From Moniliella sp. 'wahieum' (taxonomy: Eukaryota): a DNA stretch of 64,000 nt. The stretch covers positions 558,001-622,000 of the forward strand of contig RSEE01000027.1 of assembly GCA_003971905.1 (NCBI GenBank), given 5' to 3'. Under the pieces are notes generated by a model, which did not search any database, had not been told where the DNA came from, and saw only the letters and a list, made by a program, of their open reading frames with translations. This document shows, piece after piece, positions 36,501-49,692 of the stretch; the stretch's first letter is position 1; every line of letters begins with the position of its first letter. Both the position numbers and the translations under genes were made by a program.

Positions 36501-37752
36501 GAACTGCCTCACCATTGTGGAACTCAATATAGTCGTCCGTGTTGAAGACCACAACACGAGCCTTGGCCCGTTGTTCCCGCGTTTGCAACGCCAGTTCTTC
36601 CGCGCCTGGTGCGGATGGATCAATGCCCAACGCTTGGATCTCCTCCCGGGTGAGAACATCCTCCTTCTCCGGCGTGCCAAGGTCGCTGTCTTTGCCCTTG
36701 CTTCCTCGCCCCTTCATACGCAATACACGCTTGCGCTCCCGCACTCTGCACCCATCGCAGACGCTGATCTGGGAGTGGGGTGCGGTGGCGGTGACAACGG
36801 TGGCATCGAGGAAGAGTGTATGTTGAGGGTCCACTTGGGGCGCTTTGTATTTGCGGCTTTTACGCCGTGTGCCCGTTCCGGGAGGCAACTTGATGTGCGA
36901 GAAGCTGCCAATCCGCTGCCACAGCTCTGTCGGGCCAAATCTAGCACGCGCCGTGCTGAGCGCCTGCGGGGAAATGATTCCCATATCTGGTGCGGCTTCT
37001 TCCCCAGCATGGGGGTCAGGACCACCAGGAACGGAGGAAGGCGTGTTGCGCACCAACTCGATCCTCATTCGGATCTGGGTCTCGACGCGGCTCTTGGCCC
37101 CAATGAGCGAGACACCATGCACGTGCACTTGGAGCTGGCCCAGCTGGTCCTTGGGCGGGCGCACAATGGTGGTAGCCGTGTAGCCCAGGTCGGCATCGCT
37201 CGTGTGGCTGTAGTGCGATCCAATGCCAAACTGGGCGGGGTTCGGTTGCAGCTCCATTGGCCGTGCCAGTTGGGCCGGATGTGTGGCGACTGCTTCGTCT
37301 TGCGAGGCCTGGGGGGCTGCCTGGCCACGGGACCCAGGTTATTTGCAGCGGGTCTGTCGGATGCAAAAAAAAATAACACAGTTAGCATGGATTGGCGAAA
37401 ATGCAGCAGAGAGACGACCAAGGGACGTACGCGACGTTGTCGGTACAGATCATGCGATCGAATGTGGCATCAACCGTGGCGTGATCCAAGGCGGATGGAG
37501 GGGCGGTGGAGGGCGGCAGGGCGTGTGGCTCGGCCTGAGCCGTGAGCGGGAGGATGGCCTGGAGGGCGAAGGGCGAGGAAAAGGAGGGGGCTGGGCGTGG
37601 AAGAAGGGCTTGAGGTCGTGGTCGTGGTCGCTGGAGGGCGCTTCGCTGGTGAGGGGGGCGGAGCGGGGGGGACGGCGTGCTGAGCGAGAGCTCGGGGGGC
37701 GAGCCGTGGAGGGACGGGGGGAGGAGGAGGAGGAGGAGGCGGAGGGCGGCAT
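33558..37752 (-). CDS. MGA2: SPT23/MGA2-family membrane-tethered transcription factor (IPT/TIG, ankyrin, C-terminal TM; intron 37354-37430)
   Basis: KSRVETQI, RITCYCRHHKEKLGF, PIMITDDHK, IPT domain (LIPREGPTTGGTEVTVLG), ankyrin (NARDQSGLTPLHFAALHG) and C-terminal DRMLTLFWLPAL TM segment. Confidence 0.92.
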
Positions 37753-38731
37753 GCCGACGGATGGGTGGGCGTGGTGGGGGGGTGCGCATGCGTCCCAGGC
37801 AGCGGCGGCCATGGGGGCGACACGTGGGCGGAGATGGAGGGCGGTGGGAGGAGAAAAGTCACGGGTTGCTGCAACAAGCAAGACGCGGTGTGCTGCCTGC
37901 TGTGATGGGTGTGATGTGGCCAATGCTGGCGGGGGCCGGGCAGATTGCGTGCATGTTGCGTGCATGCAGGCGCCAGGAACCGAACTGCGGACACTACGAC
38001 CGAGGACTCGGTGTATGCACCGTACACCACATGCATGCAGACAGACCATCGATGATCGAGCATCGCAGATCCACACCCCTGCGGCCTGCTGCGTCCCATC
38101 ACCCATCGCCCTCGTCCCACCCGGGCGGTTCTGCGCGGCACCGCTGCAGGCCGCTGCGCGTCCAGTGCGCTCCCCTGCCGCGCCTGGCGGCACCGCACCA
38201 GACCCGTGTGCGGCGCGCCGATTGTTGGGAGCCGCCTGCGCGTCTGAAACGGTGCAGCAGAGCCAGCTGCGTCTGCGTTGGGGACAATCACCCGTCCCTC
38301 ACCCATCCATTTTCCTGGTGCACACCAGCTCCCTAGTCAGCTCACCACACGCTCCAGGCGATGTAGAATCCTACGCGCTCACCCAGCGCCTCGTCCACCC
38401 CCGATGCCCAGATGGCGTGGCCATACCCACTCGCATCGCGTCCTTGGGCCTTGTTGGCGACTGCCACTTTCCAACCTCACCGGTCACCGCGGTTCTGCCT
38501 CTGCGTCTACGTGAAGGCACCCCTTCAGTGTCTTTCGCTTCGCATCCCCCCATCCAATATATCTTTCCCACCTTGTGCATTTTTGCGTCGCCGTTGCCTC
38601 TCGTAGGCCTGCCTGATGACGCTTGCTCACAAGCTAGGGGCCTGCTCACCGGCGGCCACTCTACTGTTCCTCTGAGCCCGCGCACAGCACACACCTCTCT
38701 AGGGTCGACTCCTGCTTTTGCGGCACGCGGC

Positions 38732-40841
38732 TTACTGCCGCATAAGCCAGCGCAGAGCGACCTTGTCGTGCTGGACGAGGGGTTTGAGCAGGCGCTTGCA
38801 CCACTCATTGTGCTCCCGCAACCACCGCTTCTCATCTGGTGCCAGCAGGGCATAGTCGACCAAATGCGTATCGATGGGCGCGACTGTGATCCTCTCAAAC
38901 CCCAACCACCCGGCGCCTCGCTCCACGACCAGCATCAAGCTTTCCGTGCGCACCCCAAACTCGCCGGGGTAGTAGCCGGGCTCGTTCGTCAACACCATCC
39001 CAGCCACCAGCGGAACGGGTACCATTGCGCCCCCTGAACTTTGCGAAAAGCCCATGGGCCCCTCATGCACGCCCAGGTAGGAGCCCACCCCGTGGCCCGT
39101 ACCAGTGGCGAAGTTCATCTTGTCCGCCCACAACGCCTGGCGCGCAAGCACGTCCAGCATCGGCCCCGTCGTGCCCGCTGGGAAGGTGGCACGGTCCAAG
39201 GCCATGTGGCCTTGGAGCGCGCGCGTGTACCCTCGCTTCTGCATTGCCGTCGGTTTGTATCCCGGCCCCTCAAAGAAAACCGTACGGGTCGTGTCAATCG
39301 TGCCGTCAAGGTACTGCGCACCACAGTCGGCTAGATAGGGCGTGGTCCGGTCCAACACTTCGCTTGCACTGGCCGTCGGCTGGTAATGCGGCAAGGCGGC
39401 ATTGGGGCCTGTCGCGCTAATTCTGCACTTCCCGTTCGTCTTCCAGTTCTCTCAACACAAGCATGGGGGACGGGGTAGGGGGACGGGGGCGGACGTACGG
39501 GGCATAGGACAAGCCCGCATATAGGGGCAACTTTTTGCGCTCATCGTCCAGCCGGACGGCGGCTTGCCACTCGGTGACCTGTTTACCGAGCAGCACGTCG
39601 TGCTCCAAGTGGGCCGCCCAGATGGTCCACGCTGCACCGTCACGCAGGTAGGCGTTCTTAAATCCTTGGATCTCGCCCGCGTTTTTCACCGCCTTGGCCA
39701 ACGCCACTGGGTTGTCCGCACCCAAAATCGACAGGGTGCCCTTCCATGCCCGCGCTGCTGCAAAACTAATCTTCTCCCCCGACAAGAGCACGTTGTCTTC
39801 CCCAGCGGCGGCGAGGAACGGCCATAGGGCTTGGTACGCCTGCACCTCCACCCCAAGCTAGCGAGGTACCCCTGCACCTCGGCTACCAACTCCGCTTCCA
39901 CAAACATCTTGACCCGCACCTCTTCTTCCTCCACGTCCACCGCCACATAGGCGGGAAAGACGGGCGTGTGCGGGACGTAGGCTTGGCCTCGCAAGTTGAG
40001 CAGCCACGCTACTTCGTCCAAGGCGGTGACGAGGTAGGTGGCGCCGCCGCGTGCGAACGAAGGTTGGTCCGCCTCCTCCCTCTGGGTGCGAATGTAGGCG
40101 CGCACCCAGCTGGCCAACTGGGCCAGCTTAGCCTCTGCCGGTTTGCCTGCAAATTCGAGGGGGTGCGCGTGCACGGGGTTCATCACAGGCGCCGGCTTGG
40201 AGGTCCAGATCTGGTCAACCGGGTCCTGCGCGGGGAGGTACACATCTGCGCCTTTCTTTGCCAGCGCAGCGACCAAGGCTGAGCCAGGACCTATGTGCTG
40301 CCGGGTCAGTGTGGTGGTGGGGAGGGGGGGGATGCGAACGAGGCACGTACGGTAGGGTAGGAGATGAATTGCGGGTTGAACCCGACCTTTTCGCCCTTTT
40401 TCGCTGTGGAAAGTAACCACTGGTCCCAGCTCGCGACGCCCAGCGCGCCGACCTTGTGCAGGGTCCAGTGGTGGTCTAGCTGGCGCTGGGCCTGCACCCA
40501 GTACCGGCCATCGGCAAACAAGTGCGCGCTCTCGCGTCCGACGATCACGGTGCGGCGCTACCCGTGAAGCCCGAGATGAATGCGCGACGTTGATCTGGCG
40601 GCGCCGTGTACTCACTCGCATGTGCATCGTCGGAAAACACCACAAACCAATCTGCCTTGTGCTGCAGCAGGTTGCGCAGCGCAGCCAGCTGCTCCCCGCT
40701 CGGCGTTGGCGTCGGCGTCGGCGTCGCTTGCTCCTTGCCTGGTTTCGCCTCCTCGCGCACAGGCAGCGTCGAGGAGCGGCTGAGCAGCGAGTCGGTATCC
40801 TGCTCACGACGGAGGAAAGGCAGGCAAGCGGCGAGCCCCAT
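38732..40841 (-). CDS. Xaa-Pro aminopeptidase P (M24B; introns 40291-40350 and 39423-39498)
   Basis: DAHASEY..RRAFISGFTGSA, DGRYWVQA, LDEVAWLLNLRG, DCGAQYLDGTIDTTRT, GTGHGVGSYLGVHEGP and NEPGYY. Confidence 0.95.
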
Positions 40842-41208
40842 GACGTGGTGCGAGGTGCGAGGTGACAGGTGGGAGGAAAAACAAGAGAAAAAATAAAGTG
40901 GGCCAACCGGGCTATATACAGGTAGACAGACGATTAACGATTGCTGGGCCAATCTGTGGGGTCGATATAGAATCTGGCTACACGGCCCCCTATCGCTCTG
41001 AGCGCCTGAGCGTCGTATATCGCGATCATCGATCATGGCCATCTTAGATCTTAGATCGTTTATCGCATGGAAAATCACGTGGCTTTTCTCGATCAGTCTA
41101 GTAAGTACCGACGGGTACCCGCGCGCGCTCGGCTGGATAGATACACCGTGTCCTGGCCACCAGGGCGCGCGCCACAGCAGCAGCGCTCCTGGCGAGGAAG
41201 ACGATCGA

Positions 41209-41243
41209 TCGATAATCGATAATCGATAATCGATAATCGATAA
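41209..41243. repeat. (TCGATAA)5 heptamer array
   Basis: Read directly. Confidence 0.9.
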
Positions 41244-42609
41244 CCGCCAGTACTGATTGTGGCCGGTGCATTGTGGACCCAGTGGCCGGGTGACCGCCAT
41301 CCTCTCTCCTCCTTTTGGACGGGGGCATAGCACGCCTGAGGTCCTACTCTGCTCGTTCCACGGCAGGGGGGGGGAGCGAAGGCAAATAGAGTAAACACTC
41401 TGACGCAATGCGCAATGTACCGTCCCACCACGAAGTGAGGAAATCGAGCCTGTCTTCTTGTCCCATGTGGAAGAGTGAGTACTGAGTACGCTAGATAAAG
41501 CGTGAAACGAAGATAGGACCAACACGCCCTAGGCTTGCTGCCCCAAAGACAAGTATGCACCACGGTCTTGAGACTGCAGCATCGCGCACGACTGATGCCC
41601 CGGCTGCCGCCACCGACCGGCGCCAAACATCGATTCTCTTCCAACGGCTGCTCCTGCGTTTATTTCGCGCTCGATGGACCAGCAAAGACGGGACGGGGAA
41701 AACGAGGATGCATATGATGGGGCGCGCGCGCTACGCGCGTTGAGTGAGAACGTTCGTGCTGGTTTGCCGGCCATAGATAGCGCTCCATCGCAACAAGCAT
41801 CCAACACACACACTGGTGGCCTGTTGCGAGGAACGAGAGAAGCTGCCTCGAAGGGGGGGGGGATCTATGCGCTCATGTATTGCCCATCAGATTCCACATG
41901 AGTGCATTATCAACCACAAGCGATGGGAGTGGTGTGTACCGATTCGGTGTGTATATCGAGTTTTCTCCCCTAGATCGCAAGACAGGGACGATACGGGCAA
42001 GCGGTAGTCAGAGCGTATGACAGCCAACGCGACTGACTGCGTGCTCCGTCTCGCCATCGTAGGCTAGCGTACACTTATAATACTCGACCTAAGATAGATA
42101 CAGTATGAGACGGAAGAAGGTGACAGAGGAAGAAGAGCAGGAATCGTATCTTTAGCCGATTGCAAGCTGGATCGGGCGCCGAGCGTACAACGGTGTCTTT
42201 TCCCATTGTCGGCGCATGGACTGACAAAGGAGAAGTTCATGGGCAGTAGGAGGCTCCAAAAGTGACACGGAGGGGGGGGGGCATATCCCTAATCCGCGCC
42301 TATTTTATGGTGGCCCTTGCGCTCTACCAGGTTCTTCCCCAGAGCAGGCAATTGGAATAACTGACTTTTGTACCGCCATCCAGAGGGGCAAAGCGCGAGG
42401 GAGACAAAGCGGGACTCGAGGTGGTCCAAGCACCGAGCTTTGAGCTTCAAAGCCCTGCCCCTGCCGCCCAAGTCGATGCGCATTGGACCGCGGGCGAAAA
42501 AGAGGTGGATGCGGTCCAGAGATTCACTGCATGTCGGATTGGGCCAAGCGAGGGAGGATGAAAGTTGCACCGTTGCAAGCCTGGGCTGAATTGACCATTC
42601 AAGTATTGC

Positions 42610-42630
42610 AGCTTGAAGCTTGAAGCTTGA
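42610..42630. repeat. (AGCTTGA)3 heptamer array
   Basis: Read directly. Confidence 0.85.
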
Positions 42631-42810
42631 AAACTAAAGGCTTGGCACCGAATCGGGTCGGTGCAATCCGACCCGCACGTGGGCAATGATGCTACGGGAT
42701 TGGCCCTGGGGCCTAGACCCAGTAACGACACCTACCATGCGTTACCGATTTGTGCCGCGCGTTCTGCCCTCCTTCCCTTGGCGTTTTCATCGCCCATCGC
42801 CCATCGTGCA

Positions 42811-43428
42811 TCATGCACCGTGCCTCATGACCGCCCAGTAGATTGAATGGATGCGAGCTGACGCTACTAGAATAGGCAACGCGAATGAAGGGGAGAAGGA
42901 AAGGATAGCAAGGAGCGGAAGGAAAAGGGTGGGTTCTTGGGTATCTGACAAGCCCAGCCAGCTTGCAACAACTACGTTTCTTGCTTGGGGGGGCAAGGTT
43001 CGGCGGTTGCAACGTGGGCTGGCCGGTGCCCCCTGGGAGAAGCACCAGCGGATCACAGTTCGTCGTGAAGACTGGCAAGCGGGTCGGCTTGTTGCGAGCC
43101 ATCCAGCCGACAAACTTGCCAAAGAAGGGCACGTAGAGCACCATCTGTCCGTCACCCAGTCCACCGCGCCCTTTTCCTCGGCCTTGACGAGGAAATGGGC
43201 CATAACGACCGGGCCGAGCACGACCAGGCTAAAGAAGGCGATCAGACCCAGCGCAAAGCGCCACTCGCGTCGCCACGACCACGGCTCGAGGTCCTCCGGC
43301 CGCACCTTGGCTGCGGCAGCAGGACAGGCGGCGGGGCGGCGCGCCTTGGTGGCGGGGGCATCGGCCGCTAGCGCGTCCAGCTTTTGCGAAATGTCGGTAC
43401 GCTTGGGGGTGGACTTGGCGTCGGCCAT
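42811..43428 (-). CDS. Small hypothetical membrane protein
   Basis: ATG in a good context (gccATGG) with TATAA upstream and a hydrophobic helix (FALGLIAFFSLVVLGPVVMAHFLV). The 3' end is uncertain because of a frameshift. Confidence 0.5.
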   Translation of the reverse strand: MADAKSTPKRTDISQKLDALAADAPATKARRPAACPAAAAKVRPEDLEPWSWRREWRFALGLIAFFSLVVLGPVVMAHFLVKAEEKGAVDWVTDRWCSTCPSLASLSAGWLATSRPACQSSRRTVIRWCFSQGAPASPRCNRRTLPPQARNVVVASWLGLSDTQEPTLFLPLLAILSFSPSFALPILVASARIHSIYWAVMRHGA

Positions 43429-43765
43429 GGCTGGAAGAGGTGGTGGGGGGGGGGGCGACCACTTGATCGGTGCTGCCAGTTATAAGCAGGCACAACCACT
43501 GCGGGGAGGGTAAACTTTGAAAGTGGAACGCTGCGGAGGCGGAATCGGGGGGTCGAGCGGGGGGGGTGATGCAGGCGTCACACGTAGTGTGACATGTGAT
43601 GGGCTGAGCACGAGGAAAGAAAACGCACAGCGCAACTGTTGCAGCCCAAGGCAGCCAAGTCCAGCCTCACGCGTCACGCGTCAGGGCGACCGGCTGGAAG
43701 TGAGAGTGAGGTCACTAGTCAAGTCACTCGTCAGCTGGACTCAGACTGCGTTACCTGGCGAACCT

Positions 43766-43787
43766 TGAAGCTTGAAGCTTGAAGCTT
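43766..43787. repeat. (TGAAGCT)3 heptamer array
   Basis: Read directly; (TCACGCG)2 lies nearby at 43667-43683. Confidence 0.85.
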
Positions 43788-43835
43788 CACAGCGCCTGCC
43801 CATCTCTCCCTCCCGTGCCTGCCTCTCCCCCCACC

Positions 43836-45930
43836 ATGGCCGAGGGCTACGCGCACCCGCCCCCCCTACGCCCCACGCTGCCCCGCCGCCCCACAGGCCT
43901 ACGTCTACCCGCGCCCCGTCCCGCCCTCGGAGCAGATGGGCGCCTACCCGCCCCATCCCTCCGCGCCCTCCCCGCCACCGCAGCAGCAGCACCCGCCCCC
44001 CCATCACACCACACTCCTCCCCACGACGGCCTCCCCCGCGGCCCGCCCCACGACGTGCCCACGCCCTACCCAGCTCCCGCCCCCCAAGTACCAGAGTACC
44101 ACCCGTCCCAGATGCCGGCCTGGTCTGCGCCCCCGCCACGCCCGCGTCCAACATGATCCTTCCCTCCGACCCATGTACCGCCCGATGCCTATGGACAGCA
44201 TCCCGCCCCCATGGGTACTAGTCTTGTTTCTGCCCGATGCCACCGCCGTCGCGCGGCCCTGCCCAGTGCCCGCTGCCTCGGCGGCTGCCGTTGCTGCTCC
44301 GACCCAACCCCCCGCCCCCGAATGGAAATCGGTCGGGAGGCAAGCCTCGCGGTCGAAGCGGGGCGGCCAAGGCGCCGCGCCGCAAAAAGCTGAGGACCGC
44401 GAACCTCGTCGCCGCCGGCACGCAGGGAGGAGGCAGACGAGACGCGGAGCGAGGTGCGTGCGCCGGCTCCCCATCCCGCCATGCCCCCCGCCGGCGAGAG
44501 CAAAAAGGACAAGAAACGAAGGGAGGTGCTGGAACGAATTCAGCGGCACTACCGCGAGTCGCACGATAATCGTGACCTGTACGTCCCGTTCCGTCCCTAG
44601 TGGAGCAAGAGGGCACCCGAACAGCACGAGGAACCAGTTGAGTACTAACGTTTGTCTCTAGTTTGACCGCCGAGCTGCTCCGAGAGACCGGGGCGAGCCA
44701 CACAAGGTTAATGCTGACCCCCACGTCGGAGCGGGAGTACCAGCTGGCAGCCGCTCAGCTGACGATTGAGCGCGACACGCTGCTACGAAAGGTTCAATTG
44801 TTCCACGAGTATCTTATGGAGCAAGCACAGGCTCAGTTTGATGCCGATCTGGCCCGGTGGGATGAGGAGGCGAAACAGGCCCAGCAGCGCATTCGGGACA
44901 AGCTCCTCTTTTCCGTCGAGGAGAAGCGGGGCCAGCTCAAGTCGGAAAAGGAGAATGGCGAAGCAGCTTTTGGTACGTGCTAGCCCTTGGCCAAGAGCGA
45001 CGGCGTTGCGTTTGTACCAACTTACCTGACTAACCCTTTGACCCCCAGCCGAATCCCTGATGGAACAGCAACGCCAATCCACCCGCAAGTTGCGCAACAA
45101 ACATTCTGGCCGTCCCACCCGTGGCTCTTTTTTGGACGACGATTTGGAAACTCCTTCGGGCGGCGCACCCACACGAGCGGACGCTCACACGGCCCAGGGC
45201 GGCAACGCAGGACACCATGGTCTCACCTCGGGCACGGGCGCGCTTGGCCTCAACTTGTCTGGCAGCCTGGTGCAGAGCATGGGCTTCTCCTCTCCGACTT
45301 GCTCGTGCTCACGTCCGCAGGCCGGTTGGGCCTTGCGTTCCCCTCCCGCTCCCCCTCCTTATCCTCATCCCAATCTCCCTCCCCTCCGTTCCGACGGAGC
45401 GGAGAGGAACCAAGCGCCCAGCCGCCGACGAAGAAGAGTTGATCTCGGAACTGCTCACGGGACCTCTGCACCTGCGTCTGGACCCTGCCACGGTCCTCGA
45501 CCTACTCGGATTGGGGGGAGCGTCGCGGCCCCCTTTGGCGGGGGCGGGATCATGACCGGTCTCGCCGACGGAGGCGCGGGGGGCGAGCAGGGCGTAGTCA
45601 TCGTTGGACCAGGTGCCAACAAGGGCAGGAAAAGGCGCGCCAGGGTCCCGGCGCTGCAGCGGCGGCGGCAGCAGCAGCAGCAGCAGCCACGGCAAGTGGG
45701 TTAGGGGATGTGATCGACAGCCCGTCGGGGCACTTGGCCGCTGGCACCGCTGCCTCGGCCGCAGTCTTATCGGCGACCATAGGCGCTGGGCCTGTGGGGC
45801 GGCTCAAGTGGGACCAGGGCAAGTCGCTGCAGGCGCTTACCCCGGCGGCGCCGGCGGATGTCGAGTCGGACCTGGCGCGCATCCGCAAGGCGGTGGGCGC
45901 GAGCAAGAGGCCGCCGCCAAGCGCAAGTGA
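43836..45930 (+). CDS. Sds3-like Sin3/HDAC complex subunit (introns 44579-44661 and 44973-45048)
   Basis: Pro-rich N-terminus, coiled coil (ERDTLLRKVQLFHEY..RIRDKLLFSVEEKRGQLKSEKE), TRKLRNK and C-terminal DVESDLARIRK; canonical intron signals. Confidence 0.7.
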
Positions 45931-46612
45931 GGGGGGCTATTGGATGGAGTTGCATTGTGTGTGTGGATGGCCGTGGGTTGGTACCGGACGGGCGTGGGAC
46001 GGGGACAGTCGCTAGTCGTGCCAGGCGTGGCTCGTGGGGGCGGCCGACGCCTGCCACAGCGGGCACGTGCAGCACGTGACGCGTGACGCAGCGTCAGTAC
46101 CAATATCAATATCAAGACCAGCTGGGATGCAATGGGAATCTGCTGCGCTGCTGGAGCTCCGACGCCGCTGCCATAGCAAGTGCTCGTCCGTTCGGTGCAA
46201 TGCGAATGGGACGCGCTCTGCGCTTCGGCGTGGTTCCAACCCTAGCGTCCATCGGGCATACTGGCGCCATGCCGCTGCTCCCCCTCGGGGCGCCCCAGGC
46301 GGCGCACACTGCCGCGGTGCGGCAGGTCGTCCCAGGGCACGTTTCCACGGGTCGCACGGCGCCGCTGTGGGCACAGGCGCAAATTTTTTTCCTTCTTCCC
46401 GGCCGCACATAGCACAGCACCAGTGCTAGCCAGCCAACCCCCGCCCCCCACCCGGATCGGCTGCCTATATGGTGCTGCCGCCCCCCCCCCCGCCTCTCGT
46501 TTCGCCACCACCACTGCTCCGACAGCAGGAGCCGTTGTACTACTGGTACGCATCCCTTCTCTCTCCCGCCTCGGCCCGCCGCCCTAACCCCCACCCGCCG
46601 CTGCAGTCCATC

Positions 46613-49600
46613 ATGTCTGTCAACGAGGCACTCTTCACCGACTCGTCTGCCGTCCAGGCCCTCGTGGCCGCCGCCAAGACCGGGGGCCCCAAGGCGCTTG
46701 CCGGCTTCCCTGAGCTCGTCCAGAAGGGCCTTGCCGACAAGAAGGACGTGGCCAAGCGTGTCGGCGCTGCGTCCCTTGTCAAGGCCGTCTGCGACGATGG
46801 CGCTGGCAAGGACGCTGAGGTCTACATGTTCCCCACCACCTACCGTGCCCTGGTTGACGCTATGGGCGACAAGGACAAGACTGTTCGCGAGGCTGCGACC
46901 AACGCGCTGATCGCCTTCTCTGCCGTCCACAGCTCGTGGGCTGTCCCCCAAGCCCTCGAGGTCATCCTCGACCAGATCCGCACCGCTGGCAAGTGGCAGG
47001 TCAAGACGGGCCTCGTCAAGGTCCTCCTCCAGCTCGTCAAGTCGAGCCCGGACCGCATTGCTGCTGCCATGCCCGACATTATCCCCGTCATGTCGGAGGT
47101 TATCTGGGACACCAAGCCCGACGTGCAGAAGGCGTCGCGCGCTGCCCTGACGGACCTTTGCTCGCTCATCTCCAACAAGGATATCGAGCGTTTCATTCCT
47201 GCTCTGATCAAGTCGCTCATCTTCCCCGTTGAGGAGGTGCCCAAGACCATTGGTGTGCTTTCTGCCACCACTTTTGTCCAGGAGGTCGACTCGCCCACCT
47301 TGGCCCTCATGGCCCCCTTCTCCAGCGCGGTCTGAACGAGCGCCCTACGCCCATCAAGCGTAAGGTGGCCGTCATCATTGACAACATGGCCAAGCTCGTC
47401 GACAATGAGCGCACCGTCCGTCCTTTCCTGCCCAAGCTTCTCCCCGGCTTGATCAAGGTCGAGTCGACCATGGCCGACCCTGAGGCTCGCTCCGTCGTTC
47501 AGCGCGCCATCAAGACCCTGCGTGACATTGGCCACGTTTCGGGCGACGGCTCGGACATTAAGCCGCTTGAGGATGTGGACTACCCCACCGTTCTCAAGCT
47601 CGTTACCGAGCAGTTTGCCGAGAAGAAGCTCGACTCGGACAAGGCGCTTGTTGCCTACGTTTCCACCCTCACGGCCAACCTCACCAACGCGCGTGAGTTT
47701 GAGCCCTCGGAGTGGGAGGCCGCTCTCCACGCGTACATCCAGCGACAAGAAGGCTACCAAGGAGACGTCGCACGAGATCATCATGGCGCTCCTCAAGTCT
47801 CTCTGGCCAAGTCGTTCGGCGGCGAGGTTGAGGTGTTTGACGATGAGGAGGAGGGTGTCGACCTGTGCAACTGCCAGTTCTCGCTTGCCTACGGTGCCAA
47901 GATTTTGCTCAACACGGCCACCCTCCGTCTTAAGCGTGGCCACGCGCTACGGTCTGCTGGGCCGCAATGGTTCGGGCAAGTCGACCCTGATGCGTGCCAT
48001 CCAAAACGGCCAGGTCGAGGGCTTCCCCTCGCCCGAGGAGGTCAAGACGTGGTACGTCGAGCACGACCTGGACGGTTCCGAGGGTACCACCCGGTTGTCG
48101 ACTTTATTGTTGCGGACCAGCGCCTGCAGATCACCAAGGAGGAGGCTCCAAGACGCTCAACGAGATGGGCTTTGACCAGGAGCGCCAGGACTCGCCTGTG
48201 GCCGGCCTGTCTGTGGTTGAAGATGAAGCTCGCCCTGGCGCGTGCGATCCTGTTCAAGGCGGACATTCTGCTGCTCGACGAGCCGACGAACCACTTGGAC
48301 GTGGTGAACGTCAAGTGGATCACGGACTACCTCAACAGCCTCACCGAGACCACCTCGATCATTGTTTCGCACGACTCGAAGTTCCTCAACGACGTGACGA
48401 CCGACATTCTCCACCTCAACCGCTTCAAGATCAAGCGTTACCCGGGCAACCTCGACGCGTTTGTCAAGCGTGTCCCCGAGGCGCGGTCGTACGTGGAGAT
48501 CAACTCGGGCGAGGACTACTCGTTCAAGTTCCCTGAGCCGCCTCTGCTGGACGGTGTCAAGACGAAGGAAAAGTCGCTGCTCAAGATGCGTGACGTGACG
48601 TTCCAGTACCCCGGCACGCCCAAGCCCCAGCTGCTCGGTATCTCGATGCAGGTCTCGCTCTCGTCGCGTGTGGCTATTCTCGGCCCCAATGGTTCGGGCA
48701 AGTCGACGCTCGTGAAGCTCATGGTTGGTGACACGGAGGCGGCGACGGGTGAGGTGTGGAAGCACCCCAACTTGGTCATTGGGTACGTGGCCCAGCACGC
48801 GTTCCACCACATTGACCAGCACTTGGACAAGACGCCTCTGGAGTACATGCTGTGGCGGTACCAGACCGGTGAGGACTTGGAGGAGTTCCTCAAGAACTCG
48901 TCCAAGGAGCTGTCGGAGGAGGAGAAGAAGATGCAGAAGCAGGGTGAGGTGTACATTGTCGAGGGTGTCAAGCGTCTGATTGAGTCGATTGTCGGTCGTA
49001 AGAAGTTGAAGAACTCGTTCCAGTACGAGGTGTCGTTCAAGAACATGTCGTCGGCCGACAATGTGTGGATTCCGCGCGACGAGCTGATCAAGCGTGGGTT
49101 TGAGAAGAAGGTGCTCGAGTTTGACTCGAAGGAGGCCCAGCGTCTCGGTATGAACCGCCCGCTGGTCCGCAAGGAGATTGAACAGCACTTTGAGGACTTT
49201 GGTCTGGAGCGCGAGTTCACGTCGCACAACACGATGCGCGGCCTGTCGGGTGGTCAGAAGGTCAAGGTCGTGCTTGCTGCGGCTACCTGGCGTCGTCCTC
49301 ACATTATCATTCTGGATGAGCCGTCCAACTTCTTGGACCGTGAGTCGCTTGCTGCGCTGATCAATGCGCTCAAGGTGTTTGAGGGTGGTGTGTGCCTGAT
49401 TACCCACTCGATCGAGGTGTCGGAGGGAGTCTGCTCGGAAGTCTGGGCCATGGACGGCGGTGTGCTGCGTGCGTCGGGCCACAACTGGGTCGAGGGCCAG
49501 GGCTCGGGCCCGCGCATCGACAAGAAGAAGGACGAGGAGGAGGAAAAGTTTGATGCGATGGGCAACAAGATTGAGGTGGCCAAGAAGAAGAAGGCGCTCA

Positions 49601-49692
49601 CCTCCAAGGAGGCCCGTAAGGCCAAGAAGGACCGTCTCGCCAAGAAGAAGGCTGGCACCTACGACTCGGCCGACGAGCTGGACGACCTTTAA
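46613..49692 (+). CDS. TEF3: Translation elongation factor 3 (5'UTR intron 46546-46606)
   Basis: HEAT region ([16 protein letters not shown]), [18 protein letters not shown], two ABC cassettes ([25 protein letters not shown]) and a Lys-rich tail. Confidence 0.96.

Noticed and set aside
35719..39037. Long plus-strand ORFs (608 and 604 aa) and similar antisense ORFs elsewhere
   Set aside because: Shadows of real minus-strand genes in GC-rich DNA; no domain motifs.
41929..42267. Possible solo LTR ending GTGACA
   Set aside because: No convincing matching start, only a partial TSD and no second copy.
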